NCBI RefSeq assembly: GCF_009834535.1
Contig: NC_045696.1
Span: 52,640,001-52,704,000 of the forward strand
Origin: Camelus ferus
Lineage: Eukaryota
Length of the DNA: 64,000 nt
Reading direction: 5' to 3'
Below the pieces are notes generated by a model. It made no database searches. It saw nothing but the letters and a program-made list of their open reading frames with translations, and was not told the origin of the DNA. The first letter of the stretch is position 1. The number at the start of each line of letters is the position of its first letter. Below, piece by piece: positions 40,163 through 50,252 of this stretch. Both the position numbers and the translations under genes were made by a program.

Positions 40163-40374
40163 TGTTCCTCATGATGAGCAGTAACCTTTTTCCAAGATGT
40201 GTGCTTGATTGCAACCCCTTCACCAAAATCACATATATGTTGACCTCCCCCTTGCCTCTTCTGAGCAGTTCCTCAGATCTGAGAGGCTATCTCCCAGGCT
40301 ATAGTCCTCAGTGAGTCCCCAGGTAAAATTGAAACTCAGAGCTCTCACTTTGTACGTTTTTATTTTAGTCGACA
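40163..40374 (+). mobile_element. 3' part of an ERV1-class LTR (MER34/MER39-like)
   Basis: CCCCTTCACCAAAATCACATATAT...GAGCAGTTCCTCAGA..TGAGAGGCT.TCTCCCAGGCTATAGTCCTCAGT.AGTCCCC...TTTTATTTTAGTCGACA terminus. Confidence 0.7.
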
Positions 40375-40929
40375 GGCACCATTCATATTACACGATTTAC
40401 TGTTCAAATGTGCTTAGCTTTTTCAGTAAAATTAGAAGAAACTCCAATTTTCAAACAGGTATATGTGCAATAAGAAACAAAAAAACTACCATGTGATTTT
40501 AGATACAGATGCTAATTCCTAAACATCATTATTTCTGAACTTGAGTGCTTAGACTGTTTAAAATGCAATATATCTGCATAGATTTTTCGAGGATATTGGA
40601 GCATATATGAGATACGTTGTGCACATCTAAGTTTACATATATGTATTTATTTTAGGTTAACTGAATACTGAGCACAGTGTATATACAGGGTATGACATTC
40701 ACATGTTATTTCATTTTTTGAGAGAAATTAACCCACACAATTATTAACTGTGCATAAAATCTAAATAGCAGATATAACATATTATATAGTTCTGACTACT
40801 CAGTCAGAATAGATACTCTTTGCTTTTGTGATATTGGGAAAAGAGTTAATAAAGAAATAGAAGCATTCCTCAAGCCCCTCTTCTCTAAAACATACTCCCT
40901 GCAATCTCCAGAATGGCTGGAATATCCTT

Positions 40930-41100
40930 CTCTGCGCCCACCCCACCACCCTCTCTCAATGCAGTGGGAAAGTCGGTGGGTAATTGGGTCCAGATTGGAG
41001 GTGTTTAAATATTCATGAGGCTGGCAGGGGATGGGGAGGGGGTGACTGTCTCGAAAGGGGGTGGGGGCTGGGGGAAGTGATTAGTCATTGAAAGCTAGGG
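40930..41100 (+). promoter_or_regulatory. GAP43: GAP43 distal (P1-type) core promoter
   Basis: Inverted CCAAT boxes (ATTGG 40983-40987 and 40994-40998), TATA-like TTTAAATA 41004-41011, G-rich tract downstream, AP-1-like TGACTAA (TTAGTCA 41081-41087). Same order as described for the rodent GAP-43 core promoter. Confidence 0.8.
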
Positions 41101-41158
41101 AACAATTCTGAGAAAGGGACCTAGAGACAGGGAAGGAAAAGAGAGATAGGCAGAGAGT

Positions 41159-41330
41159 GGGTGGGGGTGGGGGTGGGTAGAAAAAAGGTGAAGAGAGGGG
41201 AGAGGAGAGAGAGAGGGAGAGAGCATGTGCGGCGAGCTATAGCTGTGGACCTTACAGTTGCTGCTAACTGCCCTGGTGTGTGTGAGGGAGAGAGAGAGAG
41301 GGAGGGAGAGAGAGAGCGCGCTAGCGCGAG
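41159..41330 (+). promoter_or_regulatory. GAP43: GAP43 proximal (P2-type) TATA-less promoter region with E-boxes and GA tracts
   Basis: E-boxes CATGTG 41224-41229 and CAGTTG 41255-41260, (GA)n tracts on both sides, local CpG cluster. Confidence 0.65.
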
Positions 41331-41435
41331 AGAGCGAGTGAGCAAGCGAGCAGAAAAGAGGTGGAGAGGGGGGGAATAAGAAAGAGAGAGGAGGAAAGGA
41401 GAGAAGGCAGGAAGAAGGCAAGGGACGATACAACC
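41250..41435 (+). other. GAP43: GAP43 exon 1 5' UTR (proximal/P2-type transcript; start approximate)
   Basis: ACAGTTGCTGCTAACTGCCCTGGTGTGTGTGAGGGAGAG...GAGCGCGCTAGCGCGAGAGAGCGAGTGAGCAAGCGAGCAGAAAAGAGG...GGCAAGGGACGATACAACC matches my recollection of the mammalian GAP43 mRNA leader; extremely purine-rich. Confidence 0.85.
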
Positions 41436-41465
41436 ATGCTGTGCTGTATGAGAAGAACCAAACAG
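41436..41465 (+). CDS. GAP43: GAP43 (growth-associated protein 43 / neuromodulin), first coding exon (codons 1-10); remainder of the gene lies beyond the window
   Basis: ATG CTG TGC TGT ATG AGA AGA ACC AAA CAG = MLCCMRRTKQ, the well-known GAP-43 N-terminal membrane-targeting peptide (palmitoylated Cys3/Cys4). Kozak context ACAACCATGC; phase-0 donor CAG|GTAGAC at 41466. Confidence 0.98.
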
Positions 41466-43043
41466 GTAGACTTAAAGATTTTTACTTCTTGCTGTTGTGA
41501 AATGACCAGAGTGCAATATTTCCCTGTAAAGGCAGAAAAAAAATGTTTTAACTGCTTCTTCTCTGGCCATGGTGCTCGCGTTTCCTTAGCATATGGTAAC
41601 TGATGCTTGCATCCCAGCTTTTATTCTCTTTTTCCACGCTCTGGTTTTGGAATGCTACTGCTAATTAAGATGAGGTTAGAAAAAAAATACGCCTTTTTGG
41701 CTAGAAAAAAGATTTTTTTTGGCTATCAGTAAATGTTCAGCATTTTAGGTCTCTGGTTTTGCGTGTGTGGATATAGAGAGGGGTGTTGGGGGAAAGATGT
41801 GGGCTCTACCTACAAGATGGGGAGGCAATCCTTTTTTATATATTATTTGCCAAAAGCGGGGTTGAAAGGATAATATCCAGTAATGAGTATTGCTTGTTCT
41901 ATGGTACTATGTTCTCACATGTGCTGCGGAAGAAGCCTTATTTCCTACATGCATGAGCTTCAGATCGGCGCAGGTATTAATGGAAAAAAACATGTGAAGG
42001 TTTAATTATTTATTTTTCAATGAATGAAACTGTGATTTGGGAAGTTTTTAAAAAGAAAATCTAAAGACAACTGGGGCTAGCGGAGAAACTGGCCGTGTAG
42101 GAGGGGAAAATCCCCTTCCCAAGCTCCAGTAGCCGATTGTGCACCAGCTGGTTTGAAGAGAGGGTGGACCACGCCCCTAGGAGCTTTGAGCTCCGATGGG
42201 ATGGCAAAGACCAGCCGAGTATGACCTGTTGGAAATCAGGTCTTTTCTCCCCTTCCTGTGCATCTTTCCTGGAATTGTAGTGACCAAGGACGGACTAACA
42301 TTCCGGATAATAAGCATAGTGACTCATTTTCATCAGGTAGAGGGACACATACGAGCGAGAATCCGAGTCCCCTCCCTCTCTGCACCCCCGCCCCCCCCCC
42401 CCCGCCGCCCGTCTCGGCTCCCCGGCCTTCCCGGCCTCCCCGGCTCAGGTTTTTCTTCCATTTCAAATTCCTCACTTATTTCTTGAAAGACATTTTAGAA
42501 ACTTGATTGGGGTGAGGGTGGGGAGGAATGGCTAGTACCGTGTTCTGCAGCAACGGACAGCGCCGTGGCATTCTCCAAAATGAGCTTTCAAACACTGATT
42601 GGAACACGTTTGAGCGATTTTGGCGAAGGTTAAGGAGAAAAATGGCTGTGGGATATGGGTGAGTGTGTGCTTGTGCGTGTGTGTGCGTTCCCGTGGGTGG
42701 GGAGGCAGTCTTGGTCAAAAAAGCCCTTTGCACATTGCTTGCCTTAGGGTGGGGTGCAAGAGATAGGATTTGGGCATCATTCCTGTGCAGGTATTGGATA
42801 TGGGGCAATTTGTAATACATTCGCTGAATCCAAAGGGGGTGGAGGGGGAAGTGGAGAAGAAACAGGCTGCCAGCTTTGCACATTTAGCCAGCGCCCTGGT
42901 AGGGGGATGGGGGTTGGGGTGGAGAGGGTGGGGAGTGGAGTAGTGAGGACTAAGGAGAAGGAAGAGGAAGGGGAAGGGAGACAGAAGCAGAATCTCAGAG
43001 CAGTGGGTGGAGAGGGTGGAGAGGCATGACAGAAATAAATAAG

Positions 43044-43090
<47 letters not shown>
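43044..43090. repeat. (AGAT)n tetranucleotide microsatellite, about 12 units
   Basis: Perfect TAGA array, read directly. Confidence 0.98.
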
Positions 43091-45704
43091 TCACAGGCAC
43101 TAGGGGTTTGTGTGTGGTTTGTATAAGGGTGTTTGGGGAAGAGCATGAGAGCCTTACATGTGCCAGTTCCCTAAACTGCTCTGTGGTTCTAGAGATTGAT
43201 GCTTCCACTGGCTCATTTTTGAAACCAAGAAATTTCCTCTCCTTGTCTTCCTTCATTCCAATACACAAATGCCATAGATACAGGTGGCTGGGCTAAGCAC
43301 ACTTTCAAGGAAAGTACTGAGGTTGCTCCCCTGGTGAGCTGCAGAAATAAAATTTAGGAGGGCGGAGCCCTAAGGAAGTCAGTGCTACTCATTAAATAAA
43401 GCTTTAATGTTGGAAAGAAAAAATATGCTGGTTTACAACTTTTTGCCACCCTATGTATACACATACATGTATACACACGCCCCCCTCCTTGACAAAAGAA
43501 GCCAAGCATGATTTTTCGAAAGGGAACTGAGGCTAAAGAAATTCCCTTCCTCAAAAGGGAACAGCTGGCTTCACTTGGGTCCTCTTGCTGACAGCCCCAA
43601 GTGTTCACTAGGATATGTGCAAAGTGAAGAAGCTGAAATTGTGTGTTTAGGGAGTTGTAGAAATTCACATGCAAGTGTATATAGTATCTGCATACTTCCC
43701 GTACACAGTCATGCATGTGCTCTGTATGGTTTCCACATGCCGGCATGTGTTTTAGCATAATTCATATTCAAGAGAGAAATTTGAATATATACAAATGTTC
43801 CTATTTTGCCCATACATTTTATAAGCGTGTACTTGTCTGAAATGTTCAAGTCCCCTATTGACCACAGCTGTATGTCATTCACATAAGTCAGTATTTAGGA
43901 TGCTGTTAAATCAAACTGAAGGAAATGGTGTATTCAGGGCGTGGGCTCACATTACACTGACTGGCATTTATATAGCCTGGGTACTTAGGTCTCACCCAGG
44001 TTTCTTGCTTGTGGGTGAAATGATCCTATATCATTCATGGCAGAATCCGATTGTGATTATCTTTCTTCTGCCATCTATGCATCATCCTAGTCCTTAACAG
44101 AGAATAAAACAAGGGCAAAAACCTGCAAAGGTCTAAACTCTGCCACACCCATGAAATCCGGCAGAAATGTGGGAGGGGGCTGGCGGGATTGCACTTCCTT
44201 CCTCTTCCACTTGAGCTGCATAAAGATGTGATCCTGGATTTCCGAGTTGTAATACATTGCCAATGGCTGAGAAGAAAGCATAAATGATCTTTATTAGCCA
44301 TTAATTACCACTATAGATTATTATAGTGGGAAGAAGGCAGTGAGAGTGGGGTAGAAAGGAAAAGATGGTAAAGGAGTGGTCAAAGGAGGAATAAATAAAA
44401 GAATCCCTGAGATTTTAGTGGCTTATGATTTTCAAATATCTTGGGGCTAACTTTAAATGGCTTAATTACCATGCATTTTGTAGATGATGAAAAACTTGCA
44501 AGATGTGATATGTGTCCACAAAGCAAGAAAACTGTGAGGTGTTTCTTTTGTTTAAAAATAAGGATTAATTTGTAATTGAAGTGTAAAGAATACCAGTGCA
44601 AGCAACAAGACCCCCTCGCCTCCACCCCTCAACCCCACCAACATCTGCCTTTCCTCATGGAACAAGTGATTCTTATCTTAGAGAGAGTGATCTGTGGTTC
44701 AGAATTCCAACCTGACTGCGCCTTTCCCTTGCAGTGTTGGAAAGGTGTGGAAGGATGCTGCCTTGCTGCTTGGTGCAGAGGAGTCCTCCTGATAAACTAG
44801 ATTCCTCCTAAATTTCACTGAGCCACACCCAGTGTCACCCAGGGACTAAATGAATTAATTAAATAGAGGCATTCTCTCTTAATATAATTAAAACTGTTCA
44901 TTTTTTTAAAATGGTGATTTCTACCACACATTTCCAAATTTAAGCAGAAGATATCATTTAAAGGGCAATTTTTTTCCTGCCAAATTATCTAGACTTGCAG
45001 AGAATCTTAGAAAATTAATGATGAATCTAGAAATGCATTAATATCTGGTGACTGTAATTCCTTCTAACCCATGCCAGGGTGCGTGCGCAATCATCCCTGC
45101 TCTCTCATGCTGACCGTCTGTAACTCAGGTCCCCTCCCTCCTCACCCATGCTAAGGTAATTGGGATAAGAAAATATAGGGTTAATTTTCTCTCTTGCTGA
45201 GATGGCAAAACTACAGAAACCTTTCATGTTTTATGCTAAAGGGCAGCGCTCTTGTTCGCTGAGAGGGAGGGTGACTTAGGGTCTCCTTTGCCTCCATCAC
45301 AGTGAAATTGTCAAGTGTTAAGACTGGGGCTTATTAATCTACATACTTCAGTTTTACCTGGCTCTGAAAGGAAAGGGAGGAGGGTGTCTTTGAGGCAATG
45401 ATAGAGCATATTAACCAAATGTTTCTCCTTGTCATATTGATAAAGTAAGACAAGTCTGAAATCTTCCTCTAAAAGTAAAGGGACATTTCAAAGGATGCAC
45501 ACGCTCAGGTCTTCTCAAGAGAAGATACAGCATGTAACTAATCACTTCCTTATTAACTCCATAGAAGCATTTGGGCAACCAAGTGTGTCTATTGTTAGTC
45601 AAAGAAGTGATTGTGGGCAGGAATTCTCCCTTTAGAGTTTCTCAAGTGTGGCCTGGTTGCCTCTGCAATATCGCATTGATCTTCAGAACATTCTTTGTGG
45701 TGCG

Positions 45705-45905
45705 GGGAAGAGCACTGTGCTGAGAGTCCTTTGTTTATGCCACTTACTGATTCTGTGATCTCAAATGAACTGCATGGTCTTGGGCTTCAGTTTCCTCCCA
45801 TAGAATGGAGTCTAAAAAACAAAAAATGAAAACAAACAAAAATCCCACCCTGTACCTTAAAGGTTTTTGTAAGGAATCAAACAAAATGTATGTGAAAACA
45901 AAGAT
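45705..45905 (+). mobile_element. MIR SINE
   Basis: GGAAGAGCACTG...TGCCACTTACTGATTCTGTGATCT...GGGCTTCAGTTTCCTC...GGTTTTTGTAAGGAATCAAA. Confidence 0.75.
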
Positions 45906-46099
45906 CAGTACAAATGTAAGAAAAGTTTCAAGGTTTGCATGTGAAGCTTGGCTTAGAAATTGCCAGTCTTTCAAGATTATTAAGTGCCTACTATGCTGCG
46001 TTTTTCTGTTAGAGAGTAGTTCCTTCTGCTCATAACTGATTCCTCCTCTTTATCATGCCTCGTTCACTATTACATTTACTTTAATAAGGCTTCCATTCC

Positions 46100-47350
46100 C
46101 ATTGAAACATATTCTGAAAAAGACACCATATCCAGTGACTCTTCAGTTCACATTTCATTTGATATCTCTTTGGTATTTTGTACTGTTGTCCATCCCTCTT
46201 CCTGAAACTGTCTCCTCACTTGGTCCCATGACAGCTCTCCTCTTTCTCCTCCCTCTTGGATAGGTTCTTTTCTGTCTTCTTTGCTGACTTCTTTCACTCT
46301 CTACCTCCCCAAATATCAATTATCTCCTGGTTAATGACCTTGACCTCTTTCTCTTCTCATTGAACACACTAATTCCAGGGTGATCTCATCCATGTCCAGA
46401 GTTATAGCCACCTGTGTGATTTCCAAATCTGTAGACTGGGTATCACTCCTGAGCTCTGATCCGTAGATATCTCTGTCTAGATATTTCAGAGACATCCATG
46501 CTCGTTATGAACAAAGCCAAACTCAGTGTCTTTCATTTTGTACCATTTGGTCTTCCTCCAAATCCCCACCCTTATTGTTGTTAAACTGTCTATCCAGCTT
46601 CCGAAATCTAGGAATCTGAGAGTAATCCTAAAAGAATTCTTCTCTTTTAGGCTCCACATCCAGTTGTGAAGTTCTCTGATTCTAGTTAAAAAGATTTTGA
46701 ACTCATCCTCTGCTTTTTCAGCTCCACCATGAATAACCTTGTTCTGACTTTCATTACCTCCCATCTGGGCAAAGACAATAGCTTCCTGCAAGGACTCCCC
46801 ACCTCCATCTTTCTCACCATCAATTCTTGCAGATAACCCTGCTCTTATCTTGACTTAACACAAATCTGGTCATATCATTTCCTTCGTGAAAAATCTTCTT
46901 AGGGTTCTCTGTTAATGGAAAGCTAATGTACAAACTCCTCAGCATGGAGGACTTGATCTAGTCTTGCCTGTCTTTCCAGTACCATCTTCAAACACCTGTC
47001 CTCTCAGCTTACACCACCATGCCAATATTTTAGGCTGTGGTGTCCTTGCTCACTCTGTACTCTCTGCCCACATTTCACATCCCTCTCAGCCTAGAAAATT
47101 TCCCTTCCTCCTGTAAGAGTCAGCTCTTTGAGGCTATTCTTGACCTCCCTGAGATAAGTTTTCTTCTACCTGCTTTGTGACTATGCTATAGTCTGTACAA
47201 TCACTGTTAGATCACTTGTTACACTATACATATAGCATTTGTTTTTTCGCATACTGGTGTCCATATTGTGAGCTGCTTAAGGGAAAAGGTGGAATCTTAA
47301 TTACTTTTCTATCTCCAGTGCCTACTACAATGCTTGGCACATAAAATAAT
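46100..47350 (+). mobile_element. LINE L2, 3' portion
   Basis: CCTCTTCCTGAAACTGTCTCCTCACTTGG...GGGTGATCTCATCCATGTCC...GAATCTGAGAGTAATCCT...TCTATCTCCAGTGCCTACTACAATGCTTGGCACATA. Confidence 0.85.
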
Positions 47351-48864
47351 GGATTTTAACTGTGAATAATCTATTTGCTAAATTAATATAGAACTAGGTT
47401 TACAGTCTTTCCGTAAGTTGTGGCATGTCTAAATGGAGAGAACCACCATGAGATTTTTTTTTTTAATCTATTGTTACCAAATTTTGAAGTGGAGCTAATC
47501 ATCACTGATTCTTGCTGTTGACCTAGAGATATGAAAGCTATCAGTTTTGAATGAAATCGAGCATAAAATGCAAAATGAGCCCGTTGATACTGTGTTTCTC
47601 CAAACTACTTCCTTTTACATCCTCCTCCCCCACGAGCCAGCATCTTAGCCCCACTCTGAAGTTAGCAGAGTCCCAGGTTAGACACGTGGTTACCATAATC
47701 CTAGACCTTCTCATGCCCTTCCTTTTAGGCCCTAAGTGCTGACACATGTTACTTTGCTCCACAGCTATTTCAAACAGGCCCTGACTTAATCCCTCACTGC
47801 TCTTATTTGATTTATTTCATTGATTACACAAACTTCAAAAAAAATACACATAGCCTTGGCCTTTGCTCAGGGGCTTATGCTCAGAATTAATTTTAGGTTC
47901 ATTTAGGTTTCTTTTCTTCCCACTGAACTATCCACATAATAATATTTCAAAAAGAGAAATCTTACATGAAGGTAAAAGGAGGTTGAATGGTAAGTAGTCC
48001 CTCAAGTGCCTGGTGAATGACTGAGAATCAGATCAAGTTTATCTTACTTAGGTTTGAATAGGTTGAAGAAATTTGGATTCTCAAGTAGGCCAATTGTGGC
48101 CAATGTGGGGCACATTGTGACCACAGCTTTATAGGAAAATACTATTGGCCAGACTCTCGGTAGTGCATTTTCTCTGACTGAGTTGGCATGGCCTTGAGAA
48201 AACAGTAAGGCAAAATGATCTAGAGATGAAGTTGAGTAGTGTCTCCCAGTCTCCAAACCCTTCTTTTATATCTTGCTCATTGCTCTCAATCTCTTTCAGT
48301 CTCTTTCTTTGAGTTTTCTTATTTTTTCTCCTACTTTCAGGTCCAAGTGGAGTTCTTCTGATAAGTAATACCAGCTCATGCTAATGTTAAGTGGGTCAGG
48401 CCATAAAGGAGAAATGTAAGAAAAAGTCTATACACTCCAACTTTCTAAATAGGTGTTTTAGACAAAGCAGGTATATTAAGCTATGTCTGGTACATAGTAG
48501 CCTCTCAATAAAAAAATATTTATTGAGAGAATAAAAGTAGGAAGGGAGGAATTATTATGATGGACCATTAAGGGATATGGTTTGGTACAGAAGACCATTC
48601 CTATGTCCTATGTACCTATTGAGAGCTGGCTCTGTGTAAATGCACACTCAGCTCTTGGTCCTCCTTTCAAGGTGGTTGTGGCCAAAGTTGTAATTTCGTC
48701 TCCTGTCTACTTAGAACAGAGTGGCACACTTGCAGTGAGTTCAGGTTGTAAATGAGAGTGTGTCTCTCCAGATTTCCTGTTCTTAATTATTTACAGAACT
48801 TATTTCTTTAGATGTTGTTTGTTTAATGTCCTGTTTCATGTCTTTGTAGTGGAATAAACCCTTC

Positions 48865-49080
48865 CCTGGGTTCTAGACCTGGCTCTGCCAATTGCTTGTC
48901 GTGTGATCTTGGGTAAGTAACATAAGCTTCCTGAGCCTCAGTTTATTCATCTATGTAAGTGGGTGCATAAAAAGAATACTCCAAATTCAGGCTTGCCTTT
49001 TCTATTGTGTTGGTGTGAGGCTCAAATAAAGTGACAAAAATAAAAGCATTTTGCAAACAATGTGTTTTTCAAGTGTAAAG
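48865..49080 (+). mobile_element. MIR SINE
   Basis: CTGGGTTCTAGACCTGGCTCTGCCA...TGTGATCTTGGGTAAGT...CTGAGCCTCAGTTTATTCATCT. Confidence 0.85.
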
Positions 49081-50170
49081 TGTTGTTGCTTGAGGAATTC
49101 CACATATTGAAACTTAAAAGTATCCCTGATTCTCTACAAAAAATTACCCCTGCTCTCTGTAGAATATATGTACATTTCCCTTCCCACCCTTCCTCTCCTA
49201 TTCTCTATACAGTAAATATTAATCTTGCTAATGGATGGAAACATAGCATATCTTTATCACTTCCTTTGAAAACTTCAATGACAGAATTTAAATAAGCAAA
49301 TATTCAAAATTGTCATGAGACCCCAAGGATCAGTTCAAAGGGATTAGAAATATCCACTATTTTCCTTTGTTATCTTTTTCTGTTTTAGTCTTTTCTTCAC
49401 ATTGTGATTTCTCTTCTCCATTTGCTAAATTGGCTGTTTCTCCCTCATCTCCATCCCCACCCCCACCTCACTTCCACACTGGGTTCTCAGCACTAAGATT
49501 ATCAGGCATGCTGTGCTCACATCCATCACATGAGGGCCCAGTCATGCAGAAGAGTAGAGAGGGAATGCACCTTGACTGAGAGACTAAAAATGGGGATGAA
49601 GTTTGGTTGGGGAAAGCACAGTTCAATGACCACTTAAGCACCGTTTCCATGCAACCTCGGGGTTCCTCAGTGCATCAGGAACTAACCTTGATCAGAAGTG
49701 GTATAAACCCCTGAACCTTTTCCAACTCAGCTGATGCCAGATATAATTTAAACTCTCAAGATCTCTACAAAGGACATTTCAGTTCTCCTGTGTCATTAGT
49801 TAATTGGGATAAGTTATCAATTTAATAATACAAATTTTATCAAATTCTCATACAAGCAATAAACTTTTGCAACCCAAAGAATCTGATTTCTTAATTTACG
49901 GATACTATTCGAAAATATTTTTAAGTATAATAATTGGATCGTTTTTCCAAGAGATTTGTTTTTCCTAGAAGCCAAAAATCTAACATAGAAAAATTAGTAT
50001 CGTGGATATTTTGAAAAATACTTTTACAAAGGGGGCTTAAATAGAGTTTGATAGAAAGATACATTAACTGGAAACTTGGGGAAAAGCTGGTCATCCAGAG
50101 GGAAGCAATTATTTTTTAAATTTTACCTACGGTTGGTTAATGATCACTTTTAATCTTTCACTCTAGCTAC

Positions 50171-50252
50171 CTCTCCCTGTCTCTGTCTCTCTCTGTCTCT
50201 CTCTGAGTGTGTCTCTCTCCACACACACATACACACACACAATCACACACAC
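50171..50252. repeat. Compound (CT)n/(CA)n low-complexity microsatellite
   Basis: CTCTCCCTGTCTCTGTCTCTCTCTG...ACACACACATACACACACAC, read directly. Confidence 0.9.

Noticed and set aside
41095..41435. Overlapping ORFs around exon 1, including a GTG-initiated N-terminal extension of GAP43 from 41361
   Set aside because: By-products of stop-poor GA/CT low-complexity sequence; the known protein starts at the good-context ATG at 41436.
42196..43296. Cluster of 80-160 aa ORFs in early intron 1
   Set aside because: Translations of C/G runs and the (AGAT)n repeat (poly-Pro, poly-Gly, YLSI repeats); no coding signature.
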